Of a DNA stretch of 64,000 nt, positions 1 to 12,546 are shown one piece after another. Both the position numbers and the translations under genes were made by a program. The notes under the pieces are model-generated. The model was not told where the DNA came from. It made no database searches and worked only from the letters and a program-made list of their open reading frames with translations. Positions within the stretch are counted from its first letter, which is position 1, and each line of letters begins with the position of its first letter. The stretch is from NCBI GenBank assembly GCA_951406725.2, contig OX597814.1, positions 214,582,001 through 214,646,000 on the forward strand. Reading direction: 5' to 3'. The stretch comes from Octopus vulgaris (Eukaryota).

Positions 1-727
1 TTTATTATCCTGAGAGGAAAAGGTGCAAAGTTTTTCTTCTGCAATTTTGAAGCCCATAGTTTCAGCTTCATTTTAAAAGCAGATATTTTTTCAAGACAGT
101 AGAGTACTGTTACGCCTTTTCCTTGCAGAGTTAAGTTATGAGTGTTGAAAGAGTCAAATATATCCACCAAAAATGCCAGACATATAAGAAATCAGGCATC
201 ACAAAATTTAGCTCGCAAACAAGGCTTTGAGTCCTGAATAAATTCACATATTTCGTTTCGAAGCAAAAAAACTTACATCAGTACTTTCCCTTTAGATGAG
301 AGTGCAACAGAAGAGTTTCGAAATCGGCATAATTTTCCCGGCATAAATCTGTGAAGAGACGAGAATTTAGTGCTCCAGCTTTGATGAAGCTGACTACAGC
401 AATAACAACATTCAGAATATTTTTAAGTGTATCTGGTAAAGTCTTAGCCAAAAGAGCTTGTCGGTGAATTGTCGGTGAGTGTGACCGTATCATGCATATC
501 TAGACAGGTATTGCCAAGCTACCAGCATACTATATTCTACGGCAATGCACGTGAGAATTGCATATGCACACAAATACCCATGCGATTATTTTTTGGCGTA
601 AAAAATTTCTAAAATTGTTGGCAATTTGCCACTCAATTGCAGAAAAAAATTTCTGATGCCTTTGCGGTCCCTGCAAAATCGCTTTGTGGTTCCTTTGTGG
701 ACTGCTGACCCAAGTTGAGAACCACTG
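1..727 (-). mobile_element. hAT (Buster/Charlie-type) DNA transposon fossil, internally deleted, with transposase pseudogene at about 1-495
   Basis: Minus strand reads IHRQALLAKTLPDTLKNILNVVIAVVSFIKAGALNSRLFTDLC..LLLH / SKGKVL..LAFLVDIFDSFNTHNLTLQGKG..KISAFKMKLKLW (ZBED5/FAM200-like motifs, with stops and frameshifts). TIR CAGTGGTTCTCAACTTGG ends at 727, flanked by ATCTAGAA (Buster nTCTAGAn target). Confidence 0.85.
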
Positions 728-1089
728 ATCTAGAACATTAGATCTGAGAACTACATACAGGTACTTGGTGGATTACTTGCATGTCATAGTTCAGCTCTGG
801 TCATTGGGTTATGCAACAGCTATTTTATCTAGAAGTTGGAGAATAAGAGGGATCAAATGACCTTTGCTGAATTCATTCTGGTTTGCACTAGTATAGGTAT
901 AAGCTAAATAATTTTCCAATCTATAATTTTTTATAGAAATACAAAAAAAACCCCTCAAAAATCTTATTATGATGGTAGTTGAAGTTGTAGTCATTTCCGT
1001 GTTTAAATATATACAGCAGTCATTTTTTGTGCCAGAAGTTAGTGTGAGCATGTTTGGTGAGAAAAAACCAGTATTAGTTAACAATTAAT

Positions 1090-1198
1090 ATTGATTTCAA
1101 ATTTTGGCACAAGTCCAGCAATTTCAGGGGAAGAAGTAAGTTGATTAGATCAACCCTAGTACTCAACTAGTACTTATTTTATTGGCCTTGAAAAGATG
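1090..1198 (-). mobile_element. Old SINE 3' fragment
   Basis: ttttggcacaagtccagcaattt..gattagatcaaccctagtactcaactagtacttattttat is the reverse complement of the 3' part of the SINE at 32921-33140. Confidence 0.6.
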
Positions 1199-2230
1199 GT
1201 TAATATTAGTTTCTGGTAACTATGGGAAACAGCTCCTGTTATGTTTTAATTTTGTTGTGGTCTCTTCAGGAAAATATAATCTCCTTAGACTTGTTGAAGT
1301 AGAGTTGTGTGAATCACTAAGTTAATATATAGGATCATACATTTATTGGCTTGAAAGATAGAACTGTTTTTAGAGATTAAGTAATTTAGAGATGCTATCT
1401 GCCTGAAAAATGACAGATAAGTTAGTTTTAATATATTCAACTTGAACTAAACATAAGGGGAGAAAACAAAGAACAACAAAATTAATTTGTGTCTAATATT
1501 TTCATTTTTGCCAACTACAGTAATATAAAGAGAACTAATTTTATCACAAAGCAATTTTTTTTTTTACACAGAATGTATGTTATAATATAAGGTTTTGTGT
1601 GCTATGTTAATATATGGTTTGGTATGATACAAAGCAATATGGTGTATACAACTATTCAATAAAATATATTGAAATATACTGAGAAATATATGAAGAAAAC
1701 TAATTCTTTTCATGTATGAAAAAATTCCACCTAACACTGTCTCTCCATTGAAGAGATACCCCTTAAAATATCATTTGCTTTCGGTTGTATTTCTACTTTG
1801 GATAAGCTATATAAGAAGTTAGTATAAGCATTAGGTAGTGAAAGTGACAGAATTCCAACAAGGAAAGAAGTTTTGGAGCAAGTAACTGATAATAGAAGTA
1901 GGCCAAGCAAACTGTTGAGTAAGATAATTTGACATGACTACCAAAGAGCTAACATAAGACAGAGGTTGTATACGGATGGGGATTTGGCACGAAACTGAGA
2001 ATATAAATTTCTGGTGGGATTCTTACTCTAAATTGAATTTGGGTATTGGCCAATATATAACTATGTGTCTTGATAGTGTTTGAAAAAAATAACTTTTTTT
2101 TTAAAAATGCTCTTTATTCGTTTTTTTTTTTAATAAAAAGAAAGAAAATTGCAGTGTGATAATTATAATTTTCATCTATGAAAACAAACCAAAAAAAAAA
2201 AAAAGACATAAAAAGGAAAAAAATGTATTG

Positions 2231-2646
2231 ACTCTCTTTACCCTCTTTTACTTGTTTCAATCATTTGACTGCGGCCATGCTGGAGCACCGCCTTTAGTCG
2301 AGCAAATCGACCCCGGGACTTATTCTTTGTAAGCCCAGTACCTATTCTATCGGTCTCTTTTGCCGAACCGCTAAGTGACGGGGACATAAACACACCAGCA
2401 TCGGTTGTCAAGCAATGCTAGGGGGACAAACACAGACACACAAACATATACACACACACTTATATATATATATACATATATACGACAGGCTTCTTTCAGT
2501 TTCCGTCTACCAAATCCACTCACAAGGCATTGGTCGGCCCGGGGCTATAGCAGAAGACACTTTCCCAAGATGCCACGCAGTGGGACTGAACCCGGAACCA
2601 TGTGGTTGGTTAGCAAGCTACTTACCACACAGCCACTCCTGCGCCT
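2231..2646 (-). mobile_element. SINE family A (tRNA head, internal TA/TG microsatellite, (GTAAAAGA)n tail), full length
   Basis: Head AGGCGCAGGAGTGGCTGTGTGG (A box) ..GGTTCAGTCCC (B box). About 10 near-identical copies in the window. Confidence 0.92.
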
Positions 2647-3184
2647 ATGTGGAAAATATTAACAAAGTTTATGATTTATAATTAATTCTTGATGGTCACT
2701 CTATGATAACTCATGTGTTTTCTGTTTACCTGCTATTCTAGCTTTCAATTCCTACACCAGAGATATACTTTTCTGTCCAGTACATTCTTCTGTCTTAACA
2801 TTTCTATTTTTCTCATTGTTTCTAACCCTCTATAATTATAACAACGAGTAACTATCTTTGTTTAATAAGAGCAACACTTTATTTGGCTGTTGATAAATGG
2901 TTGCTTATAGCAATACTTTCCAACCAGGTTGGATTGTTATCTCATTTTTGAATCAGACATTTTCTTACTAGAAATCAAAAAGAAGTTAGCCTTTTAACAG
3001 AGCTCATCAGCCACTGTTACATTTAAAAACTGAATATTTGCTTATTTATTAATATATACTTTAAAAAACATGCAATGTTCAAATTGGCATGATTTTACAT
3101 TTTTATTAAAATTTCAGTATGGTTGACAACAAGAGGTGCTGCCATACTTTTGGCAGTTACAAATCCCTGTTGGAAATGTTTTAA

Positions 3185-3407
3185 CCCTTTCATTACCAGC
3201 CTGGCTGAAACAGGCTCTGGCTCTGTAATACAAAGGTCTTGTTTTCATAAGCTTTGAATTAAAATCTTCCACCAAACCTTAGTCACAATTTATGTTCCTA
3301 ACACTAACTGAATGATATCTAAGTTATTTTACTAAATTCTTTCTTATATTTAAAGAGTAATTGAAAGAAACACAGAGCATCTCAAAATAAATACAGTAAC
3401 GAAAGGG
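3185..3407. mobile_element. piggyBac-type MITE (about 223 bp)
   Basis: TTAA|CCCTTTCATTAC...GTAACGAAAGGG|TTAA. Four copies in the window. Confidence 0.9.
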
Positions 3408-3547
3408 TTAAGTCATATTATATTACTAACACCATGAGAAAAATTTATGACACCTCACATTCTCTTTCTTTGAAATTCAAGAATTCAAGTAATTTATGTG
3501 ATAAATTATGATTCAAATCTTATTTGAATGATCTACATTATCTAAAC

Positions 3548-3695
3548 CAGACATAGGCAACCTCTTTTGAGAAATGGGCCACATGAGACATTGCTCGTTA
3601 TTAGGCAAGCTGCACTACTAAAAAAGAATTCAAGGTAATTTTTCATTAGGCATGCCATTCAGAAAGTCTTGCAGGCCTCCGTTTACTCATGACTG
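3548..3695. mobile_element. hAT (Charlie-like) MITE
   Basis: Imperfect TIRs CAGACATAGGCAAC / GTTTACTCATGACTG with a perfect 8 bp TSD ATCTAAAC (3540-3547, 3696-3703). Confidence 0.8.
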
Positions 3696-3829
3696 ATCTA
3701 AACATTATCTGCATCATGTTTAAATGAAGGACACACTAATTTTAGTGTTTTATATAAGTTTATATATATTATATAGCATGGTTGTATTTTCTTTTATGTA
3801 TAAACAAAAAGAAACATTAATAAAAAAAA

Positions 3830-4075
3830 ACCCCAATAATAGATAAGTAAATAAAAAAGAAGTGTCTTGTGAATGACTGGTGAATAAAATGCTTTAAAGG
3901 ATGGTTAATGAGAAGTTTGAAATGTTGAAAGTTAGAATATCTTAAGAAGCACAATGCCATTTTTGGAATGAGTGTGGGTGGTGGGAAGTAGACAAGTAGG
4001 CACAATAAGTAGATTCAAGTAGCAAACTCTGAAGAACAGAGTTTGGTATAGTTGTAGTAGAAGAGGCATCCTGTT
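3830..4075 (-). pseudogene. Decayed CR1/L2-type LINE ORF2 C-terminus
   Basis: Minus strand reads GCLFYYNYTKLCSSEFA...NFQHFKLLINH, resembling the LFYRYxNGxCSSEL...LQxFKxxIN end of such ORF2s. Confidence 0.45.
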
Positions 4076-4230
4076 CTTCATTAGATTCTTTTGATTAAAA
4101 CTTTATGTCTATATGAGAAGATGTATTGAAACACATAGGAATAACAGAAGAATGAAATCAGCTGGGGTTTTAAAAATATTTCTTTGAAAATTTTCAGATT
4201 CATTTAATAAATTTATTGAGACTGTCTCAG

Positions 4231-4560
4231 TCATCATCATCATCATCATCGTCGTTTAACGTCCGTTCTCTATGCTAGCATGGGTTGGACGGTTCGACCG
4301 GGGTTCTGGGAAGCCAGAAGGCTGCACCAGGCTCCCAGTCTAATCTGGCAATGTTTCTACAGCTGGATGCCCTTCCTAACGCCAACCACTCCGTGAGTGT
4401 AGTGGGTGCTTTTTACGTGCCACCTGCACAGGTGCCAGGCGGGGCTGGCAACGGCCACGGTCAGATTGGTGTATTTTATGTGCCACCGGCACGGAAGCCA
4501 GTCGAGGCGGTGCTGGCATCGGCCACGAGTCGGATAGTGCTTTTTACGTACCACCAGACC
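4231..4560 (-). mobile_element. Retroposon family B ((GAT)n tail, internal tandem units)
   Basis: (CAT)n-cgtttaacgtccg..catgctagcatgg..ggatgcccttcctaacgccaaccact followed by repeated ttttacgtgccacc units. Confidence 0.85.
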
Positions 4561-5608
4561 AGGGATACATATAAAATAAAAATATTTCTTTACAACTGCA
4601 GTCGTCTTTACTGATTATCAATTTGATTAATCTCTGGAATTTTGTTTTAAGAAAATTATTCCATTTGACTTTAGCGCTAGTTGTTGCTTTCTTATTCAGT
4701 GCATCACCACCAAAAACATTTTCTTTTTATTGTTACCTGCTCTGCTGTGAAATAAGTATAATGAAAGAAAAATCGGTGCCTTACTCAGTACACCCAGTGC
4801 TTATGTATGATATGAACTCATAATAATTTTAAACAGATATATTACTCAATCAGCCATTGAAACTCCTTGCAAAAAAAATAAACAGCTTGATACTTTTTGT
4901 GACAAACAATATAAATAAGAAAAAATTTCTTCTTCTTTTATTCTGTTTTATTTTTTTTTACTTATTTTCATCTGTATAGTTTGCACTTAAGTTCCTTCCA
5001 ATTTTTACAATTTTAGATAATTAGAAGCTCTAGGGAAGTGCTTTAATAGAAACGAAACTTTAAATTGCATTATTACTTTTAGTACTGTAAGTATTTCTTG
5101 CATCTGAAGTTACCATTAGAAGAATACGAGAAATTTCCTTAAAACCCAAACAATGAATTATAAGAAATGATGCTAGACAGGAAATAAGAAGGTAGATTTA
5201 TTCAGCAGAGGCTGAGAGCAAGAAGTTTAGCAATGTAGCAAAGAGAATGAGAGGTAGGAACTATTCCAAATAGCTGAGCAGTGAGTTCATATGAACCAAG
5301 ATTTAATTGACAATTGTGTCTGAAATGACAATTGTGTATTGTACGCAAAAACTGAAAAGTAAGGATTATGGAAGTATTATGCTGAGAAGTTATTAAAAGC
5401 AAATCTTTGATAATGAAAATGAAAGTAGGGAAAAGCTGTTGGCTATCAAGCATAGGTGTAGAGAATGTGAATGCATCGATCTTTGTAGATATTATTCTAG
5501 TTAATCAAGTGGTTCTGAGAGCATTGGATTGAAATTTCCATTGTAAACTGCTACAAGAGCAAAGAAGATAGATACACATTTTCTGAAAATGGAGAATGCT
5601 TACTTTAT

Positions 5609-5993
5609 CTTAAAGCACTCCGTTGGTTACGACGACAAGGGTTCCAGTTGATCCGAATCAACGGAACAGCCTGCTCGTGAAATTAACGTGTAAGTGGCTG
5701 AGCACTCCACAGACACGTGTACCCTTAACGTAGTTCTCGGGGATATTCAGCGTGACACAGAGAGTGACAAGGCCGGCCCTTTGAAATACAGGTACAACAG
5801 AAACAGGAAGTAAGAGTGAGAGAAAGTTGTGGTGAAAGAGTACAGCAGGGATCACCACCATCCCCTGCCAGAGCCTCGTGGAGCTTTTAGGTGTTTTCGC
5901 TCAATAAACACTCACAACGCCCGGTCTGGGAATCGAAACCGCGATCCTACGACCGCGAGTCCGCTGCCCTAACCACTGGGCCATTGCGCCTCC
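5609..5993 (-). mobile_element. tRNA-derived SINE, head C1 + tail alpha, full length
   Basis: Head GGAGGCGCAATGGCCCAGTGGTTAGGG..GGTTTCGATTCCC. 11 bp TSD GCTTACTTTAT (5598-5608, 5994-6004). Confidence 0.9.
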
Positions 5994-6016
5994 GCTTACT
6001 TTATATACATATATAA

Positions 6017-6162
6017 TGAGCTTCTTTCAGTTTCTACCTACCAAATCCACTCAAATGGGTCTGGTCAAACAGGGGCTATAGTAGACAACACTTACCCAAG
6101 GCACTACACATTGGGACTGAATTTGATTGGGAAGCAGGCTTCCTATCATACAACCACACCTA
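6017..6162 (-). mobile_element. Diverged SINE family A 5' half
   Basis: cttctttcagtttctacctaccaaatccactca..gggctatagtagacaacacttacccaagg. Confidence 0.7.
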
Positions 6163-6808
6163 CTTAGTGGTATTATAGTTTTGTAATCAGTTAATATTAT
6201 TGATTTCTTTTGGCCATTTCCACCCAGGATAACATATTTTGTTTAGAGGAAGTGTAATAATCGGCTGAATAAAATCAAATTAATGCTAAAATAATCATAG
6301 AGGAAATTTGAACTTAAGATATTAAATTAGTGAATTACTGACTGAGAAACAATTATCTAATAATTTATGAAAAAATATTTCTATAGTTTTTATTTAATCA
6401 AAGAAAAAAATTACTAGCTCATGTGATGTGATGCTTGGTAAAATAATTTGATGATATCAAACGTTACAAAATCTTCTTACTTTAAAATACTTTCATACTT
6501 TTAATCTCTATATTTTTTATATTCTCATTTGTGATTTTTTAAAGTGTCTGTTTAAGTATCTGTAGTTGAGAAAATAAATTTTGACAGCATGGACAATAGG
6601 GACATGGATGAAGAACAAGAGAGATGTTTGGAAAGAGGGACATACTAGAGGGGTGAGTCATAGAGAAGTAAATGATGGATATTTTTGAGAAATGAGAAGC
6701 TATCCAAGGGGACAAAGATGAAGACTTAACAGTATGGATGTATGTGCGTGTGTGTGTATATTTGTGTATATGCATGTGTGTGTATGTGCGTGTGCATTAT
6801 TTTGGTAT

Positions 6809-7011
6809 ACTCTTTACTCTTTACTCTTTTACTTGTTTCAGTCATTTGACTGCGGCCATGCTGGAGCACCGCCTTTAGTCGAGCAACTCGACCCCGGCAC
6901 TTATTCTTTTGTAAGCCCAGTACTTATTCTATCGGTCTCTTTTGCCGAACCGCTAAGTAACGGGGACATAAACACTAGGGGACAAACACAGACACACAAA
7001 CACACACACGC

Positions 7012-7044
<33 letters not shown>

Positions 7045-7210
7045 TACGACGGGCTTCTTTCAGTTTCCGTCTACCAAATCCACTCACAAGGCTTTGGTCG
7101 GCCCGAGGCTATAGCAGAAGACACTTGCCCAAGGTGCCACACAGTGGGACTGAACCCGGAACCATGTGGTTGGTAAACAAGCTACTTACCACACAGCCAC
7201 TCCTGCACCT
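6809..7210 (-). mobile_element. SINE family A
   Basis: Near-identical to 2231-2646, with a short internal deletion. Confidence 0.92.
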
Positions 7211-7637
7211 ATGTATGTACCTATATGTATACCCATATACCTGCACACACACATGTATATGTATATGAATATGTATATTTATATTTGTATCCTGCCAAGC
7301 CTCTGACCTCACTTCTTATCTACCTGTTGATCACCTCTCTTTCCCAAGCATTTCAATAATCTCAACTCTCTATCAGTCCTACCTCACTCCATCTCTTACC
7401 TCTCCACCACCTGTGAAGCTCACAAACTATAAATGTTTGCCCTGCATCCTGTCTCATTGTTCTACCTCTCCATCCTTCACTAAACCCAGGTATGAGAGAC
7501 TACCGTCCATCCTGATTATTCCATCTGTGCCCAGCTTCTCTTCCTACACCCATCTTGCTATTTCAATAATCACTCTACCAATCATATCTCTCATTTCACC
7601 AGTTCTGATGCTCACTCATTCTCGCACTACCACCCAT

Positions 7638-8042
7638 ACTCTTTACTCTTTACTCTTTACTCTTTTACTTGTTTCAGTCATTTGACTGTGGCCATGCTGA
7701 AGCACCGCCTTTAGTTGAGCAAATCGACCCCGGGACTTATTCTTTGTAAGCCCAGTACTTATTCTATCGGTCTCTTTTGCCAAACCGCTAAGTGATGGGG
7801 ACGTAAATATACCAGCAATGCTAGGGGGACAAACACAAACACACACACATACACATATATACAAACATATACATATATACGACAGGCTTCTTTCAGTTTC
7901 CATCTACCAAATCCACTCACAAGGCATTGGTCGGCCCGGGGCTATAGCAGAAGACACTTGCCCAAGATGCCACGCAGTGAGACTGAACCCGGAACCATGT
8001 GGTTGGTTAGCAAGCTACTTACCACACAGCCACTCCTGCGCC
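7638..8042 (-). mobile_element. SINE family A
   Basis: Near-identical to 2231-2646. Confidence 0.92.
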
Positions 8043-8372
8043 ATCACACACTCTTTTCCTTTCATTGTCCTCCCCAACAGTTCTTCACCTCAACACCCTC
8101 TCATCTGTCCAGTTTTCCCACAATGAAACAGCCCCCACACCTTCCTCTGTATTTGGTTTAAACTAATTTACTAAAATCTGTTTAACGCTAAGTGTGCACA
8201 TCAAATGCAGAAGCAGACTGCTCATTCAGAGGTAATGTCAAATGCCCACTAGGAAGTCAGTGTCATACCAAAGTTATTGTGTATGAGGTGAGTTAGCATC
8301 AAAAGATTCCAGTGGAGCAATGCAGGTACAGAGGTATGTATGTACTACAGAAAGACTCTTCAAAATCAGATT

Positions 8373-8545
8373 GCACAACCTTCCTGAGATTCGCCAACAT
8401 TACACCTAGTTTTATCCCCTCCATACACACGCAAGCATGTATCTGACTCATACACTGTTCACTTCCCAGACATTTGTACATTACTGCAGATGCCTTATAT
8501 GCACTTTTGACAAGTTGTGGTGCACCTGAGCACTGTATACAATAA

Positions 8546-8591
<46 letters not shown>
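8373..8591 (+). mobile_element. 5'-truncated LINE 3' end with (ATT)n tail, nested in the GIY-YIG fossil
   Basis: Removing it rejoins FKIRL|YNH. It ends cactgtatacaataatttt(att)n. Confidence 0.7.
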
Positions 8592-8596
<5 letters not shown>

Positions 8597-9335
8597 ACCA
8601 CAGCTCCACTTTTAAAATCCAGGAGAGATGTAATATCACGACGTTAGCAAGACACATATGGCAATTTGAAAGATAATACAGCACAATATAATGTCAACTG
8701 GAGAATACTGGAAAAGTGCAGACCATGCCTCAACAGCAGAGGAGTTGTAAATTTTGTTTAGCAGAGGGAAAAAAATTAATAAGAAGAATTCCCTCCATCT
8801 AAGTTCATACCTGAAATCTAAAAGCAAATTGGTTCCTCCTTGTTCTCATGAATAGGTATATATCTTAACTAGCTGGTCAGTTCCACCCTAGCAGTAAGTT
8901 TTGGTTGTTACCCTACAATAAATAATGGGTTTGTTTTCTCTATACCCAGCACTTAGACACACCCATACATTTATGTTAACATATATGTTAAGGCCCTTCC
9001 CTACCATTTACCCTATTGACATCGCTCTTTGTTGTCTTGCCCACCCATACTCTGCACATCACCCCACTCCCTTCTCATCCAATAACCCCATATACAAAAA
9101 CTAGGGTTGACGGTTGCCACTCAAATGCTGACATGCTGAAGAATGGCTAAAAGAAATCAATCAAATGGACATAACTCTAATGAATCTTAGAGCCAGCCTT
9201 AATGTTTTGAGATGTTCTGACCGTTTCATATATGTGCTGTATATTTTTGACAATGTCTCTGAGACCTATATACTAGATGTGGTGGTTTTACACCTCTACT
9301 TATAAAGAACCCCAATTATAGTATTCTATTCATCC

Positions 9336-9401
9336 ATGTCTGATGATTGGTCATTTACCTTTCCACGGCTGATTCTTCAACATGAAACTATTTAGTGACA
9401 T
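9336..9401 (+). ncRNA. Degenerate type I hammerhead ribozyme motif
   Basis: atgt-CTGATGA-(37 nt)-GAAAC-tattta-GTG-acat. Stem I atgt/acat. Cleavage triplet is GUG (non-cleavable) and stem II is weak. Confidence 0.5.
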
Positions 9402-9526
9402 TAATTAGCTGTTATGAGACTAAACTTATGCAATATAAATATGTATGTACATGTGTATGTATGCATGTATGCATGTGTATGTGTATACATATACACATAC
9501 ACATGTATGTATGTATATGTGTATAT

Positions 9527-9584
<58 letters not shown>

Positions 9585-9647
9585 ACATACATATATATAT
9601 ATATATACATACATATATATATATATATATACATACATGCATATATA

Positions 9648-9930
9648 AGCACTATCCGAACATGGCTGATGCCAGAACCGCCTTGACTGACTCCCGTGCT
9701 GGTGGCACATAAAATCACCATCCAAACGTGGTTGATGCCAGCTCCCTCTGGCCCCTGTGCCAGTGGCACGTGAAAAGCACCCACTACACTCACGGAGTGG
9801 TTGGCATTAGGAAGGGCATCCAGCTGTAGAAACACTGCAAGATCAGATTGGAGCCTGGTGCAGCTTCCTGGCTTCTCAGACCCCCCAGTCAAACCGTCCA
9901 ATGATGAGGATGATGATGATCATGATAATG
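9648..9930 (+). mobile_element. Retroposon family B
   Basis: Two tandem units, then ggagtggttggcattaggaagggcatccagctgtagaaac, then (GAT)n. Confidence 0.85.
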
Positions 9931-9959
9931 ATACATATACACATACATATGTGTGAGTT

Positions 9960-9990
<31 letters not shown>

Positions 9991-9994
9991 GAAT

Positions 9995-10326
9995 AATAAT
10001 ACAAATGAGTTGCAGTTCACTACAGCTGTTTCAGATGTGTTCTTTATTGACAAACAAAAGTGTTTCATCATGCAAAAGAAAAACAAAAGAAAGAAACATT
10101 TTCATTAAGTGAATAATGGTAAGAATTAACAATAAGAACTCTCCTATCGAAACCAGGTCAGTCAAGTCATCTGGCACTATTTTCTGTTTGTGAGAAGTTC
10201 CTATTGCTAATTCTTACCTGTATTCACCTGATGAAAATGAGTTTTTTGCATGATGTCACACTTTTGTTCATCAATAAAGAACACTATCTGAAACAGTGTA
10301 GTTAACTGCAACCCATCTGTGTTATT
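9995..10326. mobile_element. Foldback/MITE with about 140 bp imperfect inverted arms
   Basis: 9995-10143 is the approximate reverse complement of 10192-10326. Confidence 0.75.
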
Positions 10327-10603
10327 TTTATTCTTCATCTCACTTGGAACCTTTCATACATTTGGATCTGGAGTCTATAGTTGACATGAAATATATGCAG
10401 TGGGTGCACCCCTGTATGACTTTGATGACACATGTATTCAGTCAGTTACTTGTGAATGTATGCATAACCGGAAGGACAAATCTGTATTTACTTCAGTAAG
10501 TATGTATATGTCAGTATATATTGTTGGTATACAGGTGTGCTATCCCCAACTCTACCTTGGTGCTTTTACTTTTTAAATATCTGATATTTCCAAATCCTGA
10601 AAG

Positions 10604-10772
<169 letters not shown>

Positions 10773-11212
10773 CATGCATTTATGTATAACTTTCATTGTA
10801 CCTTTGACTAAAATACTTAAAACATAAAACTTATTCAATCAAAAACTTGAATAATTAAAATGACTCTTGAATAATTAAAATGACTCTTCTAAAATAAAAC
10901 CATAATAAAGACAATTATTTCTATCAAATTTCCCACAGCTAAAACATTTCTTTTTATTCATTAATCTATAATAGAAAAGCAAAGCACATGGATGGACAGC
11001 TTTTAAGTTTAATGCTGTTAATAGGGTTCAGGTAGTACTAAGAATGAATGATAATCATAATGAAGACAAAAGAATTCTAATTTCTTTGTTATATTTTATT
11101 AAGTGTCTCACATTTCTGATTTGAAATCCTCTTGGAATAAATTAAAATTGACTATAATTCTCTCTGATAAAATATATTTTTCTCAAAAGATATCTTCAAT
11201 TTAAAAAGGCAA

Positions 11213-11914
11213 AGACCCCACTTTGGTCATAAATGACTATGGGATTGCATGTTGAAATGTTTATTAGCCACACAGGGCTGAACACAGATGGGACAAATTA
11301 CAAAGTAGAGCTTTTCTTTTTGGGGAGGAAAAAAAAAAAGTAGGGTAGGTTTTCGATCAAAATGGATTGTAAAAAGGAAAGAAAAAAAGAAAATGATCAA
11401 TAGGGATCGTGTACCACAGAAATGTCATGATGTAAAGTGTAAAGGGGGAAGCAGATAAGGTTTATCCATGGAAAGAAAAGCCTACGGAAAAGACCATGGT
11501 AACGTCGGTCAATAATGTCACATGTTAACACATTTATTTGCAAGTAAGTAACTCTCTGTTTTAAATTTTTCCGGGTTCATAGGGTTATGCTCAAGGTGGC
11601 TTCGTCATTCATACATACCATCCTTGCTACATTCACCCATCTTTTTTACCCTCCGAGGCACAAGTCCAGGCAAGGTTGTTTACAGAAGACAAGAAGTCGC
11701 CCTTGCATACCAACCTCCCTTCTCCACACCACCGATGTTATCTAAGGGAAAGGTAGGGGCCAATATAGCTTGGCACCGGTGATGTTACAACTCATTTCTA
11801 CAGCTGAGTGAACTGGAGCAAAATAAAATATCTTGCTCAAGAACACAACTTTGTCTTGAAATCGAAACTCACTATTGTAAGCCTGATGTTCTAACCACTA
11901 AGACACGTGCCTTC
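11213..11914 (-). mobile_element. SINE head C2 + tail delta, interrupted by an insertion
   Basis: Matches 48483-48817 once about 11258-11645 is removed. Confidence 0.8.
11258..11645 (-). mobile_element. 5'-truncated LINE 3' end (possibly L1/Tx1-type) nested in a SINE
   Basis: Minus strand KRWVNVARMVCMNDEATLSITL*, then a T-rich 3' UTR ending ggctAATAAAcatttc. Confidence 0.55.
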
Positions 11915-12388
11915 ACATCTTAAATTTATTATTCTATAAAAAGTACATGAGTAAATACACAAACCAAAATATGAAATATGTTTTATCAAAAAAGATTGTG
12001 CACATAGGTTAATCAGAAAATGGTGAAAACATAGGCATTAAAATTCTCAAAAAAATTGTGCCTGAACAATGATTAATCTCTGTAGAAAATGTATTAGTAA
12101 CCATATGGGTGTCTTTTAGTCTGAAATGTAAGATGTAAACAAGAGCAATGTGAACTTAATATAGTTGTTACACTTATATATTATTTAACTAAACGTATGG
12201 AAGTGTCTAGCAGAAAATATACTGCTGTTTTCTTCATAGGTATCGTTTTACAAACTTTGGTACAGCAAGCTCACTTCTGTTTGCTCTACTTTATATTAAG
12301 CTAATCCCAAAATATAGTAACCCGAGTCTGCTTTATCAAAAAATAGAGAAGTCATCAGACTTCACTGTAAAGAAAACTAACAAGATAG

Positions 12389-12462
12389 ATGTATGTATGT
12401 ATGTGTGTATGTATGTATGTATGTATGTATGTATGTATGTATGTATGTGTGTGTGTATGTAT

Positions 12463-12546
<84 letters not shown>

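Larger units (their letters stand above)
8200..9405 (+). mobile_element. Penelope-like element 3' fragment: GIY-YIG endonuclease pseudogene plus 3' UTR/pseudo-LTR
   Basis: CSFRGNVKCPLGSQCHTKVIVYEV / QRYVCTTERLFKIRL [insertion] YNHSSTFKIQERCNITTLARHIWQ / KDNTAQYNVNWRILEKCRPC / CKFCLAE..LKSKSKLVPPCSH matches the PLE GIY-YIG pattern. Hammerhead-like motif at 9336-9401. Confidence 0.82.

Noticed and set aside
5202-5500. Possible very old LINE fragments (LFPTFIFIIKDLL here; similar hints at 1820-1990 and 30481-30663)
   Set aside because: Only single weak motifs. A BLASTx search is needed before calling them.
5920-5993. tRNA-like sequences with A and B boxes (also 15253, 17752, 28734 and others)
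   Set aside because: They are SINE heads continuing into SINE bodies, without a proper acceptor stem or terminator.
10846-10888. 20 bp tandem duplication cttgaataattaaaatgact
   Set aside because: Ordinary slippage duplication.
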